The notes: generated by a model from the letters alone, not told the origin. DNA of 64,000 nucleotides from Spirochaetales bacterium (GCA_016928415.1 JAFGKU010000097.1:3229-67228); one strand, 5' to 3'. Shown: positions 39,371 through 49,250, numbered from the stretch's first letter. Translations and numbers: made by a program.

Positions 39371-40555
39371 ATGAATTCGAAGAAGAAAGCGATCAAGGAT
39401 CTTTACCATGCCATTGACCGGAACAATCGGAAGATAAGGGAAAAACACAGGTCCCTGGGAGAGCATCTCCTTTCCCTCAAGGATCAGTTCAAGGAGAACT
39501 CCGTTCTATCCGATTTGTTTACCCGGATAGTAAGCCTTCAAAAAGAAAGACAGGAAAAGCAGGATGACATCAGGAACATCATCGAGGCGGAAGACAGAAT
39601 AAAGGAATTGAACGGAAAAATATCGGCGGATAGAAAAAAAATCGAAGACAAGGAAAAGGAATTGGGCAGATTTTACCTTGAAATAGGCAATTTGTCCTTT
39701 GAATATTACAGGCAGGACCGTGTCAAATTCCAGGAGTTTGATTCGATCTTCAACGATCTTGTCAAGCTGCAGGAAAAAACAATTGAGTTGAACAGAACCG
39801 AGGGCGAATTAACCAAAACCAGGCAGGAAGAGAATGTCATCGGCCAGATTTTCAATTCGTTGAAGAAATTTTACAATAACACCCGGATGGACCTCATTCA
39901 GCACCAGTTTATCAAGCTTCTGACTGCTGCAGGCGGAGCATTAATGGATACGGAATTTGTGAAGCAGGCCAATGAACGTGAATTGAACGCCATCACGGCC
40001 TCCCTTGAAGTGGAACTGAAAGAAATAGAAAAAATGAAAAACAGGCAGGTAAACCGTGAAAAGGAAATAGAGAAGGTTCGTGACGAGCTGAATTTAGCCG
40101 GCTTCAAGGGAAGCCTGGCGCAGCGTGTTCATGAGCTGGGTAACAGGGTGAAACGTATTGAAGAAGATTCAGCCGATCATTTTGAGAAGTTGGGACAGGA
40201 ATATATTGTTCATTCCATGCACAAGGAAATTACCAAGCCGGATATCGACACGATTTATTCGGACATCATGTTCATAGGCAAGGAAAACGAGAAAAATGAT
40301 AAAAGTATCCATGACCTGGAAAGACAGATAGCGGTTGAAGAATTGAAGGAAAAAAAGCTGAGAATAGAAAAGCAGATAACATCATTGGCAAACCATGTCC
40401 GCATGAAAGAGCAGGAAATAGAGGAAAAGAAAAAGGATATTTCCGATATTGACGGCCAGATAAATTCGCTGGAAAATATGCAGGTCAAAACAACGGGTGT
40501 GAAAATAAAGAAAAAAAACGATTCTAAAAATTCTTCCGGTGCAAAACCGGATTGA
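39371..40555 (+). CDS. Long coiled-coil protein of unknown function
   Basis: Heptad-rich E/K/Q sequence, SD GGAGG, 14 bp after clpC. Confidence 0.75.
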   Translation: MNSKKKAIKDLYHAIDRNNRKIREKHRSLGEHLLSLKDQFKENSVLSDLFTRIVSLQKERQEKQDDIRNIIEAEDRIKELNGKISADRKKIEDKEKELGRFYLEIGNLSFEYYRQDRVKFQEFDSIFNDLVKLQEKTIELNRTEGELTKTRQEENVIGQIFNSLKKFYNNTRMDLIQHQFIKLLTAAGGALMDTEFVKQANERELNAITASLEVELKEIEKMKNRQVNREKEIEKVRDELNLAGFKGSLAQRVHELGNRVKRIEEDSADHFEKLGQEYIVHSMHKEITKPDIDTIYSDIMFIGKENEKNDKSIHDLERQIAVEELKEKKLRIEKQITSLANHVRMKEQEIEEKKKDISDIDGQINSLENMQVKTTGVKIKKKNDSKNSSGAKPD

Positions 40556-40570
40556 GGAGGATGCCTTCCC

Positions 40571-41368
40571 GTGGCATTGGTGTATATCGGTACCAGCGGG
40601 TATTCGTATTCCGATTGGGTCGGCCCCTTTTATCCGCCCGGTACCCAAAAGAATGAATTCTTTGACCATTACCTGAATGAATTCAATTTCACGGAACTGA
40701 ATTTCTCCTATTATAAACAACCCGATCCCGGCATTATAAAAAAACTTGCTTCAAAAACAGGTGACGGATTTCTTTTCGCCATAAAGGCCCACAAAAGCCT
40801 GACCCATGAAATTGCCGACAGCGTGGAGGAAGACCTGTCCGTTTATAGAAAGGGAATTGCGCCACTGGTTGATGCGGGAAAGCTCGGGGCCGTTCTTTTC
40901 CAGTTCCCCTTCAGTTTTCACTATACCCCCGCCAACAGGAGATACCTGGACTTCCTTTGCTCATCGATTGACGGCATCAAGGGCGTGTTCGAGTTCCGCA
41001 ACAGCGAGTGGGAGAAGCCTGCGGTGTTTGACGGTCTGGAACGGCGCAGCATGGGTACCGTCCTGGTGGACGAACCGGACCTGCCCGGTCTCCTGAAACC
41101 CGGTGAGAGGACGACGAGTGATACGGCCTATATCCGGTTTCACGGACGGAACAAAAAAAACTGGTGGAACGGTACCAATGTTACACGCTACGATTATCTC
41201 TACGAAAAGAGTGAACTTGCAGAATGGCTGCCGCGTATCATGGCGATTCTCGAAAAGGTGAAAATCCTCCTCGTCGCCTTTAACAACCATTACAAGGCCC
41301 AGGCGGTACAGAACGCGCGTCTTTTAAAGGAAATGCTTGAAAGCTCCGGCGTAAAAGATATAAGGTGA
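40571..41368 (+). CDS. DUF72 (YecE-like) protein
   Basis: IGTSGYSYSDW, TELNFSYY, LFQFP, EFRN, YIRFHGRN and YDYLY. Confidence 0.9.
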   Translation: MALVYIGTSGYSYSDWVGPFYPPGTQKNEFFDHYLNEFNFTELNFSYYKQPDPGIIKKLASKTGDGFLFAIKAHKSLTHEIADSVEEDLSVYRKGIAPLVDAGKLGAVLFQFPFSFHYTPANRRYLDFLCSSIDGIKGVFEFRNSEWEKPAVFDGLERRSMGTVLVDEPDLPGLLKPGERTTSDTAYIRFHGRNKKNWWNGTNVTRYDYLYEKSELAEWLPRIMAILEKVKILLVAFNNHYKAQAVQNARLLKEMLESSGVKDIR

Positions 41369-41374
41369 CGGACG

Positions 41375-42607
41375 TCAATCCATCCGTAAGGCATCCACTA
41401 TTTTTTTCATGGCCAGCTGCACGCTTTCGTAGTTATTGAAGGCGCTTATTCTTATGTACCCTTCACCGCATTTACCAAAGCCTGCTCCCGGCGTAACCAC
41501 GACGCCGGCCTTTTTTAAAAGGAGGTTGAAGAATTCCCACGAATCCGTGTTCCCGTTAACCCAGATGTACGGCGCGTTTGTGCCGCCCGTGCATTGAAAG
41601 CCGAGGCCGGTCATTTCCTTAAGGATCAGGGTGGCGTTCCGCAGGTAATAATCGTTCATCGTTTTAACCTGTTTTTGCCCCAGTTCCGAATAAATGGCAC
41701 TCGCCGCCTTTTGAACGGGATACGAGACCCCGTTGAATTTCGTGTTCTGCCGCCTGCCCCAGAGGCTGTGGAGGTTGACCTCGTTCTTTTCCGAGTCATA
41801 GGCCCTGCAGGTGGTGGGAACAACGGTATACGCGCAGCGGGTACCGGTGAAACCGGCCGTTTTGGAAAAGCTTCTCACTTCTATCGCCACTTCCCGCGCG
41901 CCGGGAATTTCATAAATGGAATGGGGGAGTTTGGGATTCCGTATGAACGCCTCGTAAGCGGCGTCGAAAATAATTAATGACTTATGCCTTATGGCATAAT
42001 CAACCCATTTTTTAAGCTGTCTTTTCGTAATGGTCGCGCCTGTGGGATTGTTTGGAAAACAGAGGTAAATAAGGTCCGCCCGTTTCCTCGGCGTGGAGGG
42101 AATGAATTTATTATCGCCCGTGCATTCCAGGTAGATAAGGCCCTCGTACCTGCCGTCCACGTTCGGGCCCGTGCGCCCCGCCATTACATTCGTGTCAACA
42201 TAAACCGGATATACGGGATCCGGCACGGCGATCCGCAGCTTTTTCGTCGCGAAAATTTCCTGGAGGTTGGCGCTGTCGCATTTGGCGCCGTCGCTTACGA
42301 ATATTTCATCCGCATTGATGTCCGCCCCGCGTTTCCGGAAGTCCCATTCCGCTATTTTTTCCCGGAGAAACGCATACCCCTGGTTAGGCCCGTAGCCCTT
42401 GAAGGTTTTTTCATCGGCCATTTCATCAACAGCCTCGTGGAAAGCCTTGAGGCAGACCTCAGGGAGGGGAAGTGTGACATCACCGATGCCTAGCCGGATG
42501 ATCTGTTTATCCGGATTGCCTGCCTGGAATTCATCAACCCTTTTTGATATTTCCGAAAAAAGGTAAGATGCTTTCAATTTCCTGTAATTTTCATTGATCC
42601 GAATCAT
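41375..42607 (-). CDS. dapL: LL-diaminopimelate aminotransferase
   Basis: [42 protein letters not shown] and [10 protein letters not shown]. The start at 42607 has an SD. Confidence 0.93.
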   Translation of the reverse strand: MIRINENYRKLKASYLFSEISKRVDEFQAGNPDKQIIRLGIGDVTLPLPEVCLKAFHEAVDEMADEKTFKGYGPNQGYAFLREKIAEWDFRKRGADINADEIFVSDGAKCDSANLQEIFATKKLRIAVPDPVYPVYVDTNVMAGRTGPNVDGRYEGLIYLECTGDNKFIPSTPRKRADLIYLCFPNNPTGATITKRQLKKWVDYAIRHKSLIIFDAAYEAFIRNPKLPHSIYEIPGAREVAIEVRSFSKTAGFTGTRCAYTVVPTTCRAYDSEKNEVNLHSLWGRRQNTKFNGVSYPVQKAASAIYSELGQKQVKTMNDYYLRNATLILKEMTGLGFQCTGGTNAPYIWVNGNTDSWEFFNLLLKKAGVVVTPGAGFGKCGEGYIRISAFNNYESVQLAMKKIVDALRMD

Positions 42608-42804
42608 ATGGTACTCCCGTCCTGATAAATTTGGAATCGCTGCATTGACATTGAATTCCTGTTTATGTTTATAATGGTTCACGCAACGGTGAAAATCATT
42701 ATACGGCACCCCGGAAAAACACCCTGCAGGTTGTTTCCGACTCTGAACCTCTTTTATTATCGGTGTTTTTAAAGGTCGTCCGTGATAAAACAGAGGTTTC
42801 TAAA

Positions 42805-44013
42805 GTGCTTATAAGAAAATTTGTATTGATTCTACTATATTTATCCATCTTTTGCAAATCTTTTTTAATTGGTGAAAGCTTCCTGGAGCCGGAAATCATG
42901 GGAAAAGCGGCCTGTTCCATAGACGTGGCCACGGGCGAGATCATCTACGCCCGGAGTATGGACAGGATTTTATACCCGGCCAGCATGACAAAACTTATAA
43001 CGGCTGTTCTCCTGGCGGAAAAAGATGAACCGGGAGATATTTTGAACTACAGCCGGGCGGCAAAAAACGTTTACCCCTACAAGCTGGATTTCCCCGTTGG
43101 AGAGCAGGTATCTGCGATGGAGGCCATGTACGGGCTTCTGCTTTTTTCCGGTAATGACATAGCTTACATGATTGCCGAAAACCTGGGCGGTGACATTCCG
43201 GGTTTTGCCCGGATGATGAACGGAAAGGTGAGGGAATGGAACCTGAAGCACACCCGTTTCGTTACCCCCTCGGGCCTTCATGACCCCGGCCACTACAGCT
43301 CCGCCTACGACATGACGATGATCCTGCGCCATGCCGCACGGAATCCCTGGATAGCCTCGGTCATGGAACAGACCAGCCACATCCTCCTCACCGAATCGGG
43401 ACATAAGTATCCCATTACTAACAGGAACAAACTCGTCGGGGTTGACGGCTGCATCGGCGGCAAGACCGGCTGGACACCGGAAGCGGGCCGCTGCCTGGCC
43501 GCCCTCTTTGAACGGAACGGACGCCGGATAGCGGCCGTGGTCATGGATTCGGTGTATGACGCCAAAGACACTGTCGTTTTCAAGGATATGGAGAACCTCA
43601 TTAATTATTCTTATAGTGCCATACGGAAGCAGCTTGTACCTGCGGAAAGAGTCATCAAGCGGGTGCGGGTCAAATACAAGGTAATACCGTTACTCGGCCC
43701 GGAGCGGGAAGCGGTAGTGCCCCTGTACCTGTCCGAACCTGTCATGCTGTATATGACCAGGGATGGCCGGGTGGACCTGGATTTCCGTCCGGATGTATCC
43801 GACCCATGGTCCCTTTCCCGTGAAAAACCGGCCGGTGATCTGCGTGTCATCATGCGGGAGTACGCGCGTTCCTACGCCCTTTACCCCGCCCTCGACGCCG
43901 GTATGCTGTTTAAGGAAAATATTGTCTTCTACATCCTGTTCGGCGGTACCACGTTGTTGATAATATTACTGGCCGTGTTGCTGACTGTGCTGATACGGAG
44001 GAGAAGGGGGTAA
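42805..44013 (+). CDS. D-alanyl-D-alanine carboxypeptidase (peptidase S11) with C-terminal membrane anchor
   Basis: SMTK, SGN and KTG motifs, plus C-terminal TM. Probable GTG start at 42805. Confidence 0.9.
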   Translation: MLIRKFVLILLYLSIFCKSFLIGESFLEPEIMGKAACSIDVATGEIIYARSMDRILYPASMTKLITAVLLAEKDEPGDILNYSRAAKNVYPYKLDFPVGEQVSAMEAMYGLLLFSGNDIAYMIAENLGGDIPGFARMMNGKVREWNLKHTRFVTPSGLHDPGHYSSAYDMTMILRHAARNPWIASVMEQTSHILLTESGHKYPITNRNKLVGVDGCIGGKTGWTPEAGRCLAALFERNGRRIAAVVMDSVYDAKDTVVFKDMENLINYSYSAIRKQLVPAERVIKRVRVKYKVIPLLGPEREAVVPLYLSEPVMLYMTRDGRVDLDFRPDVSDPWSLSREKPAGDLRVIMREYARSYALYPALDAGMLFKENIVFYILFGGTTLLIILLAVLLTVLIRRRRG

Positions 44014-44134
44014 TCACCTTTTCAAGGAGAATCTTCTTGGTGTAATTCTGGATGTAAGTTGAAGACGACTTGATTTCAGCAGCTTTAGGCTGATCGCCTT
44101 TTTTATAGAAGACATCCACTTCGTTTTTATTCAA
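44014..44134 (-). pseudogene. C-terminal remnant of a DUF4143-type nuclease domain
   Basis: NKNEVDVFYKKGDQPKAAEIKSSST matches the EVD..E.K motif of the neighbouring ATPase-nuclease genes. Confidence 0.45.
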
Positions 44135-44210
44135 AACTTAAGTACAACTTAAGATTTGCATAAAAATTAAAATTTATTAAGTCTTTTTCAGTCTGATATG
44201 CCATTACCTT

Positions 44211-45446
44211 TTATGGCAGTACTTCCAGGAACCTGTCTGCTGAGATCACGCACTCGTTTTCAGAAACTTTACGAAAAACCCCTGATGTATGAAGGACTTG
44301 TATTACCGGTATTCCCAAAGAAATTCCGAAGTTCCTGACGGGAGTCGGGATTTTTATATCGGATAACTTGGCTTCAATAATAAGCACAGGTTTTTTGTTC
44401 AGAATCAGAAGAAAATCCGCTTCATTGCCGTCGTAATTACGGATATAGCGCAATTCCGCGTCCCCCAGTCCATTGTCGTTCAGGATTTGACAAAACCGGG
44501 AAAGCATCACACCGATAAAATTTTCAAACCTCTGGCCGGGATTCTCCACATAAATCCAATTGATGAAATAGGCCTTTTTTTCCTTTCTGACGGCCCTGTT
44601 GATCCGTTTGTTCCAGGGATACAGGGACCAGATTAACCATAGCCTTTCCATTTGCGCTAAATGATTGACGACAGTCGGGCTGCTGGTCCCGGCATCTTCA
44701 GCCAATGACTTGACAGACAGGGGATTCCCAACACGGTTGAAAAGAAACATCATTATTCTTTCCGCCGTATCTATTTCATGAATCCGGGTCAGTTCACGTA
44801 AATCTTCGGTCAGGATCAATGAAATGTATTCTTTCTTCCACTTGTTTAAAAACCTGTCTGAATCCCTGGTTAATGGTTCGGGAAAACCTCCGAAATGATA
44901 GAGTTGTTCATAATCACCTGTTGAAAGGGTAATTTGACCCGTCAATCGTGATAATAAATTTTTCCAGGGGTCCTTCCAATCGGATTCGTTTAAAAGCCAT
45001 GCATCCGTAATTTTTTTTCCAAGCAATTCGCCAAGTGAAACCGGAAGCATGTTAAAATGCGTATATCTTCCAACAAGGGAATCACCCGATTTTCTGAAAA
45101 GATTGAGCCGTGCGCTCCCGGTAATAAGAAATCTGCATGCGGGTTCCACGGTATCATACAGGCCTTTTAGAATATCTTTCCATTTTTTTCTTTTATGGAT
45201 CTCATCCATGACCACCAGAAAATCGCTGGTTTTTTTATCGTTGAGAAAAAAAAGAGCATTTTTAATATACTGGCTTCGAATATCGGGATTATCCCAATTG
45301 TAATATCCCCCGGGATTTTTTTTCAGCACTTCCTTTGCATAATATGTCTTGCCGATCTGTCTCGGTCCGGAAAGGAAAATCATTTTGTTGCCGGATAGTT
45401 CCTCAGACCAGATATACTGGTCAATTTGACGTTTTAATAAAGACAT
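44211..45446 (-). CDS. AAA_14-type ATPase with C-terminal DUF4143 (PD-(D/E)xK-like) domain
   Basis: GPRQIGKT Walker A, MDEIH Walker B, ITGSA, GGFPE, FEN and EADF..IEAK. Likely start at 45446. Confidence 0.88.
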   Translation of the reverse strand: MSLLKRQIDQYIWSEELSGNKMIFLSGPRQIGKTYYAKEVLKKNPGGYYNWDNPDIRSQYIKNALFFLNDKKTSDFLVVMDEIHKRKKWKDILKGLYDTVEPACRFLITGSARLNLFRKSGDSLVGRYTHFNMLPVSLGELLGKKITDAWLLNESDWKDPWKNLLSRLTGQITLSTGDYEQLYHFGGFPEPLTRDSDRFLNKWKKEYISLILTEDLRELTRIHEIDTAERIMMFLFNRVGNPLSVKSLAEDAGTSSPTVVNHLAQMERLWLIWSLYPWNKRINRAVRKEKKAYFINWIYVENPGQRFENFIGVMLSRFCQILNDNGLGDAELRYIRNYDGNEADFLLILNKKPVLIIEAKLSDIKIPTPVRNFGISLGIPVIQVLHTSGVFRKVSENECVISADRFLEVLP

Positions 45447-45485
45447 ATTACTAATATATCTCAAAACAGATATCGTGTCAATTAA

Positions 45486-45525
45486 ATATGACTTTAAATT
45501 ACACGCGTGTAAATTAAAGTCATAT
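45486..45525. promoter_or_regulatory. 40-bp near-perfect palindrome, candidate operator
   Basis: ATATGACTTTAAATTACACGCGTGTAAATTAAAGTCATAT, with one mismatched pair. Confidence 0.7.
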
Positions 45526-45550
45526 ATATTATCCACGATTTGAATTCGCC

Positions 45551-45579
45551 TTGACAATTTTAACAAATGTAACTATTAT
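45551..45579 (+). promoter_or_regulatory. Sigma70-like promoter for TA module 1
   Basis: TTGACA-N17-TATTAT. Confidence 0.6.
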
Positions 45580-45592
45580 GTAACCATAATGA

Positions 45593-45892
45593 TTGTATTA
45601 TGAGGTGCAAATGTTCAATATAACGATTCGTAATATTCCTAACGATATAATTGAAAAGATTAAAATTCTTTCCGCCATGGAACGAAGAAGTTTAAACAGT
45701 GAAATTCTCATATTGCTGGAGAGGGGTCTGCTGTATGAAACAAAAAACAGGACCGTTAAATCCGTCACCTCATCCACTCAAATAAGGATCTGGGAAAAAT
45801 TATCCGGTGAGTGGAAAGATGAAAGGAATACCGATGAAATTATCCGGGACATTTATTCAGACCGGAGCCTGGGCAGGGATGTCAATTTATGA
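45593..45892 (+). CDS. FitA/Arc-like ribbon-helix-helix antitoxin
   Basis: ITIRNIP..RRSLNSEI. ATGA overlap with the PIN gene. Confidence 0.82.
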   Translation: MYYEVQMFNITIRNIPNDIIEKIKILSAMERRSLNSEILILLERGLLYETKNRTVKSVTSSTQIRIWEKLSGEWKDERNTDEIIRDIYSDRSLGRDVNL

Positions 45893-46281
45893 TCCTTATT
45901 GATACGGATGTGTGCATTGAAATTCTGCGCGGCAATAGACAAATAATGAATCGAAGAAGGGAATACGGGGGAAATGTGGCCGTATCCTTTATGACGGCAG
46001 GCGAACTGTTTTATGGCGCCGGGAAATCGGGTCACAGTGCCGTTAACCGCCATCTGGTCACTGAATTCCTTCTTGTCACGGAAATCATTGAATCCGATAT
46101 CGACATCATGAGAAGGTTCGGGATTATCAAGGCCGAATTAAAGACGAGGAACGAGATGCTTCCCGACGCGGACATCATCATAGGCGCCACGGCCCTGGAA
46201 AAATGTGAAAAATTGATTACGGGAAATACAGGGCATTTCAACCGTATTCCCGGTTTAAAAGTAGAGAACTGGATCAGGTGA
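45889..46281 (+). CDS. vapC: VapC-type PIN-domain toxin
   Basis: LIDTDV, GEL, DADIIIGATA and TGNTGHF. Confidence 0.88.
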   Translation: MILIDTDVCIEILRGNRQIMNRRREYGGNVAVSFMTAGELFYGAGKSGHSAVNRHLVTEFLLVTEIIESDIDIMRRFGIIKAELKTRNEMLPDADIIIGATALEKCEKLITGNTGHFNRIPGLKVENWIR

Positions 46282-46298
46282 CGGGTTTAAACCCATTT

Positions 46299-47693
46299 TT
46301 ATTTGTCCCCGATTAATATATCACCTTCAAATAAAAATACATTATCCGGTTTTGCCAATTCCATCATTTGCTTTGTAAACCCGGATTTGCTGAAAAGACA
46401 AAAATATTCCGATCGCCTTTCCTTCCCCCATTCCACATGTTCTGCCTTTTCTCTCAATTTTCGATAGATATCCGTTCCCATGGGCTTTTTTGACCATTTA
46501 GCCTCCCCGAATATTATGGCATTTGTTTTTCTGTTGATTCCCACCACATCAATTTCTTCATTCCTGTCCCACCAGCCGCCGACTTCAGCAAATTCCGGAA
46601 AGGAGGGATTGTATGAATTGAAGCTCTTGATTGTTTCGCGGGCTATTTTTTCATACGCGGTCCCGTTCAATACGGGCAGGTTTTCTTTCAACATACCCAG
46701 AACATCATTTATCCGGCCCTGCTCAAGCAATGAACGGTTCCTGAATACAAACCTGAACCAGAAAGCAAAAAAATTATCACTAAAGACATAGAGACCCTTC
46801 CTGCTTTTTTCGGGTATTTTTTCCGTAACGGGTATTTTTTTTTCAGTTATATGCAGACTGTCCAGGATTGAAAGATAGCGTGACACGGTACCTTTTTCCA
46901 AACCGCTCTCATTTATAATTTCCGATAACTTATGTTTTCCCAGGGAAATGGCCTCAAGAATAACAAAATAGTTTCTGGGCTCCTTCAATTCTTCACGAAG
47001 CAGGAAATCCACTTCGGCATATAGGGGCTCTCCTTTTGTGAAGATACTGTTTTTAACGGAGTTAATGTAATTTTTACCGGCAAACTGGTTTAAATAAAGC
47101 GGAGTCCCCCCCACGGAACTGTATATGGAAACAGTTTCCTCGAGAGATTTTTCAGGAAACATGGTTTTTACGGATTTAAAAGAGAAAGGCTTAACCAGTA
47201 ATTGTCCCGTCCGCCTTCCATACAATGGGGCTTTATGATGGAGAACGGTTTTTTCCATCATTGAAATACTGGAACCAAGCAGTATAAGAAAAACGGATGA
47301 TGATTTAAGATGAAGATCCCAAATTTTTTGAAACGCCGTTGGAATGGAGGGATCTGTTTCCGCCAAATAAGGAAATTCATCTATAATGACAAGCAGCTTT
47401 TCATTTCTGGCTGAAATATATTTAAAAGCCTGTTCCCAGTCCCGAAAGCCGCTTTCCGGTATAAATTCATCCTGATAGTATGCGGCTATGCTTTCCGAAA
47501 ATTTCAGTACCTGCTTTTGGGGAGTGATCATTTCGCTGAGATAATAAATATGGGGTTTATCCATGCAAAATTTCAATGAAAGCTCGGTTTTTCCCACCCT
47601 TCTTTTTCCGTAAAGGATAATAAGCTGGGCTCCCTTTTGATTCCACTTTTTGTCGAGAAAATCAAGTTCTTCTTCCCTGTTGACAAATTTCAT
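46299..47693 (-). CDS. Archaeal-type ATPase with C-terminal DUF234 nuclease-like domain
   Basis: FVNREEEL, YGKRRVGKT, IIDEFPYL, GRRTG, GGTP, FSDNFFAFWF and GGWWDRNEEIDVV..GEAKW. Confidence 0.88.
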   Translation of the reverse strand: MKFVNREEELDFLDKKWNQKGAQLIILYGKRRVGKTELSLKFCMDKPHIYYLSEMITPQKQVLKFSESIAAYYQDEFIPESGFRDWEQAFKYISARNEKLLVIIDEFPYLAETDPSIPTAFQKIWDLHLKSSSVFLILLGSSISMMEKTVLHHKAPLYGRRTGQLLVKPFSFKSVKTMFPEKSLEETVSIYSSVGGTPLYLNQFAGKNYINSVKNSIFTKGEPLYAEVDFLLREELKEPRNYFVILEAISLGKHKLSEIINESGLEKGTVSRYLSILDSLHITEKKIPVTEKIPEKSRKGLYVFSDNFFAFWFRFVFRNRSLLEQGRINDVLGMLKENLPVLNGTAYEKIARETIKSFNSYNPSFPEFAEVGGWWDRNEEIDVVGINRKTNAIIFGEAKWSKKPMGTDIYRKLREKAEHVEWGKERRSEYFCLFSKSGFTKQMMELAKPDNVFLFEGDILIGDK

Positions 47694-47703
47694 TATTTTC
47701 TCC

Positions 47704-47741
47704 TTAGTTTAATCAAGATTAGTCTAATCTATTTTAGACTA
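47704..47741. promoter_or_regulatory. Overlapping palindromes upstream of the DUF234 ATPase
   Basis: AGATTAG-T-CTAATCT (47716-47730) and TAGTCTAA-N6-TTAGACTA (47720-47741). Confidence 0.55.
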
Positions 47742-47781
47742 TTTATCAATCCCGGGAATATGGGAATATATTAATTTTGAC

Positions 47782-48984
47782 TTATACAAGACCGCTCAGG
47801 AAAATATCCAGTGACACGAGTTGGACATCCCTGGTGACTACCCGCCTGTCATAATTCTTAATAACCTGATAACAGAACGGAATACCCAGTTTCTCCTTAA
47901 AGTAAATTAAATGCCGGGACGGTTTATCATCGGACATTTTAACCTCAACCGCGAACCACGGTTTCCCTTTCCAGGTAACCAGAAAATCGACCTCCCTTCC
48001 CTCCGTATCCCTGATATAATAAAGCATGACTTCGTGGCCATAGGCATCCACAAGGAAATGGCACATTTTAAGCAGGTGACCGGCGACCATATTCTCCAGT
48101 TTTGCCCCTTCGGATTCAATTTCCGACCAGTCCCATAAATACAGCTTGGCTTCCTTTTTAAGGGATTTTATCCTTGTATTATTAAACGGATACACCCTGT
48201 AGCTGTAATACAGGTTTTCAAAAACATTGAGCCACAAAACCACCGATTTATGGGTGACTTCCAGGTCTTCCCGAAGTGCATTTAACGATAACAGTGAACC
48301 GGCACGGGAAGGCAGCATATCACTCAATATTTCCATGGAACTTAAGTCCCTGATGTGCGTTAGGTCCCGTATATCTTCACGGAACAGCAGTTGTTTCCGG
48401 GCATTATGCCATGGCCTACACACAGGACACTGAATCGCAGTAGCGATTCCTTGACTCCATTCACGTTCATCGGCCTTTAAATAAGGTTCCGGGAAACCGC
48501 CGTATGTCATGAGCCGGTCATTAACATCGTTAGACGGAACTTCCTTGGGAAAAACAACCCCTTTCCTGGTTTAATCGTGTTATTTAAATTATTGAGTTCC
48601 GCATAACTGAAAGGATGGAGACGGTAATAATGGTACCGTCCGAAAAGTGAGTCGCCCCCCTTTTTATACATATCGAGCCTGGCGCTGCCCGTAATGAGGA
48701 AATTATGGTATTCCTTTTTAACGTCATATTCGCCTTTTATAAAAGATTTCCACCGGGAGTATTTATGGATTTCATCAAGAATGACGATTTTATTTTCAGC
48801 CGGCCATGCCGCCTTTAATATATTCTTCCTGTGTTCACGGTTGTCCCAGTTAAAGTAGGAAGCCTTTTTTCCCCCCTATCATTCTGGAAAACGTTGTTTT
48901 ACCGACCTGGCGCGGACCTCCGATAAATACCATTTTCTGCTTTAGATCCGAGGTAATATTGGATGTTAAATAGCGTGTCTTCAT
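47782..48984 (-). pseudogene. AAA_14-DUF4143 ATPase pseudogene (two frameshifts and a 39-bp insertion)
   Basis: ATG 48984 MKTRYL..GGPRQVGKT, then a +1 shift at the G6A6 run (about 48865-48876), then YFNWD..LDEIH..ITGSARLD..GRYH. A second shift occurs near 48560, and track ORF 47782..48510 carries the insert. Confidence 0.88.
48418..48456. other. 39-bp in-frame insertion with an internal hairpin
   Basis: ACACACAGGACACTGAATCGCAGTAGCGATTCCTTGACT. CT is repeated at both ends and the stem is GAATCGC/GCGATTC. Confidence 0.75.
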
Positions 48985-48992
48985 ATCTTGAA

Positions 48993-49046
48993 TTTTACCC
49001 TATAGGGTAAAAAAATGGCAAGAATTTTACCCTCATGGGTAAAATT
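48993..49046. promoter_or_regulatory. Tandem palindromes upstream of the AAA_14 pseudogene
   Basis: TTTTACCCTATAGGGTAAAA (48993-49012) and AATTTTACCC-TCAT-GGGTAAAATT (49023-49046). Confidence 0.72.
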
Positions 49047-49250
49047 TCGGAGTAAATTTAATGGAAATAGGATTGAATTTACCATATTTCTCTGGATTGC
49101 TGTTAAAAATCAGCTTTTCTTTCATTTTTCAGGTTTTTTTGTTCAAATACGCTTCCCTGCCTAAATCCCAAAAAAAGTGTCACTTATGTGGATTTTTTTT
49201 GTTTAAGTTATATAGTTAGAAGAAAGGAAATTATGATTATGGAGAGAAAT

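Noticed and set aside
48418-48456. CRISPR repeat
   Set aside because: It is a single copy with no spacers and no cas genes. No CRISPR array was seen anywhere in the window; the chitinase Thr-rich repeats are coding linkers.
48860-48880. Programmed -1 frameshift at AAAAAAG
   Set aside because: Restoring the frame needs +1, not -1, and a second frameshift lies downstream.
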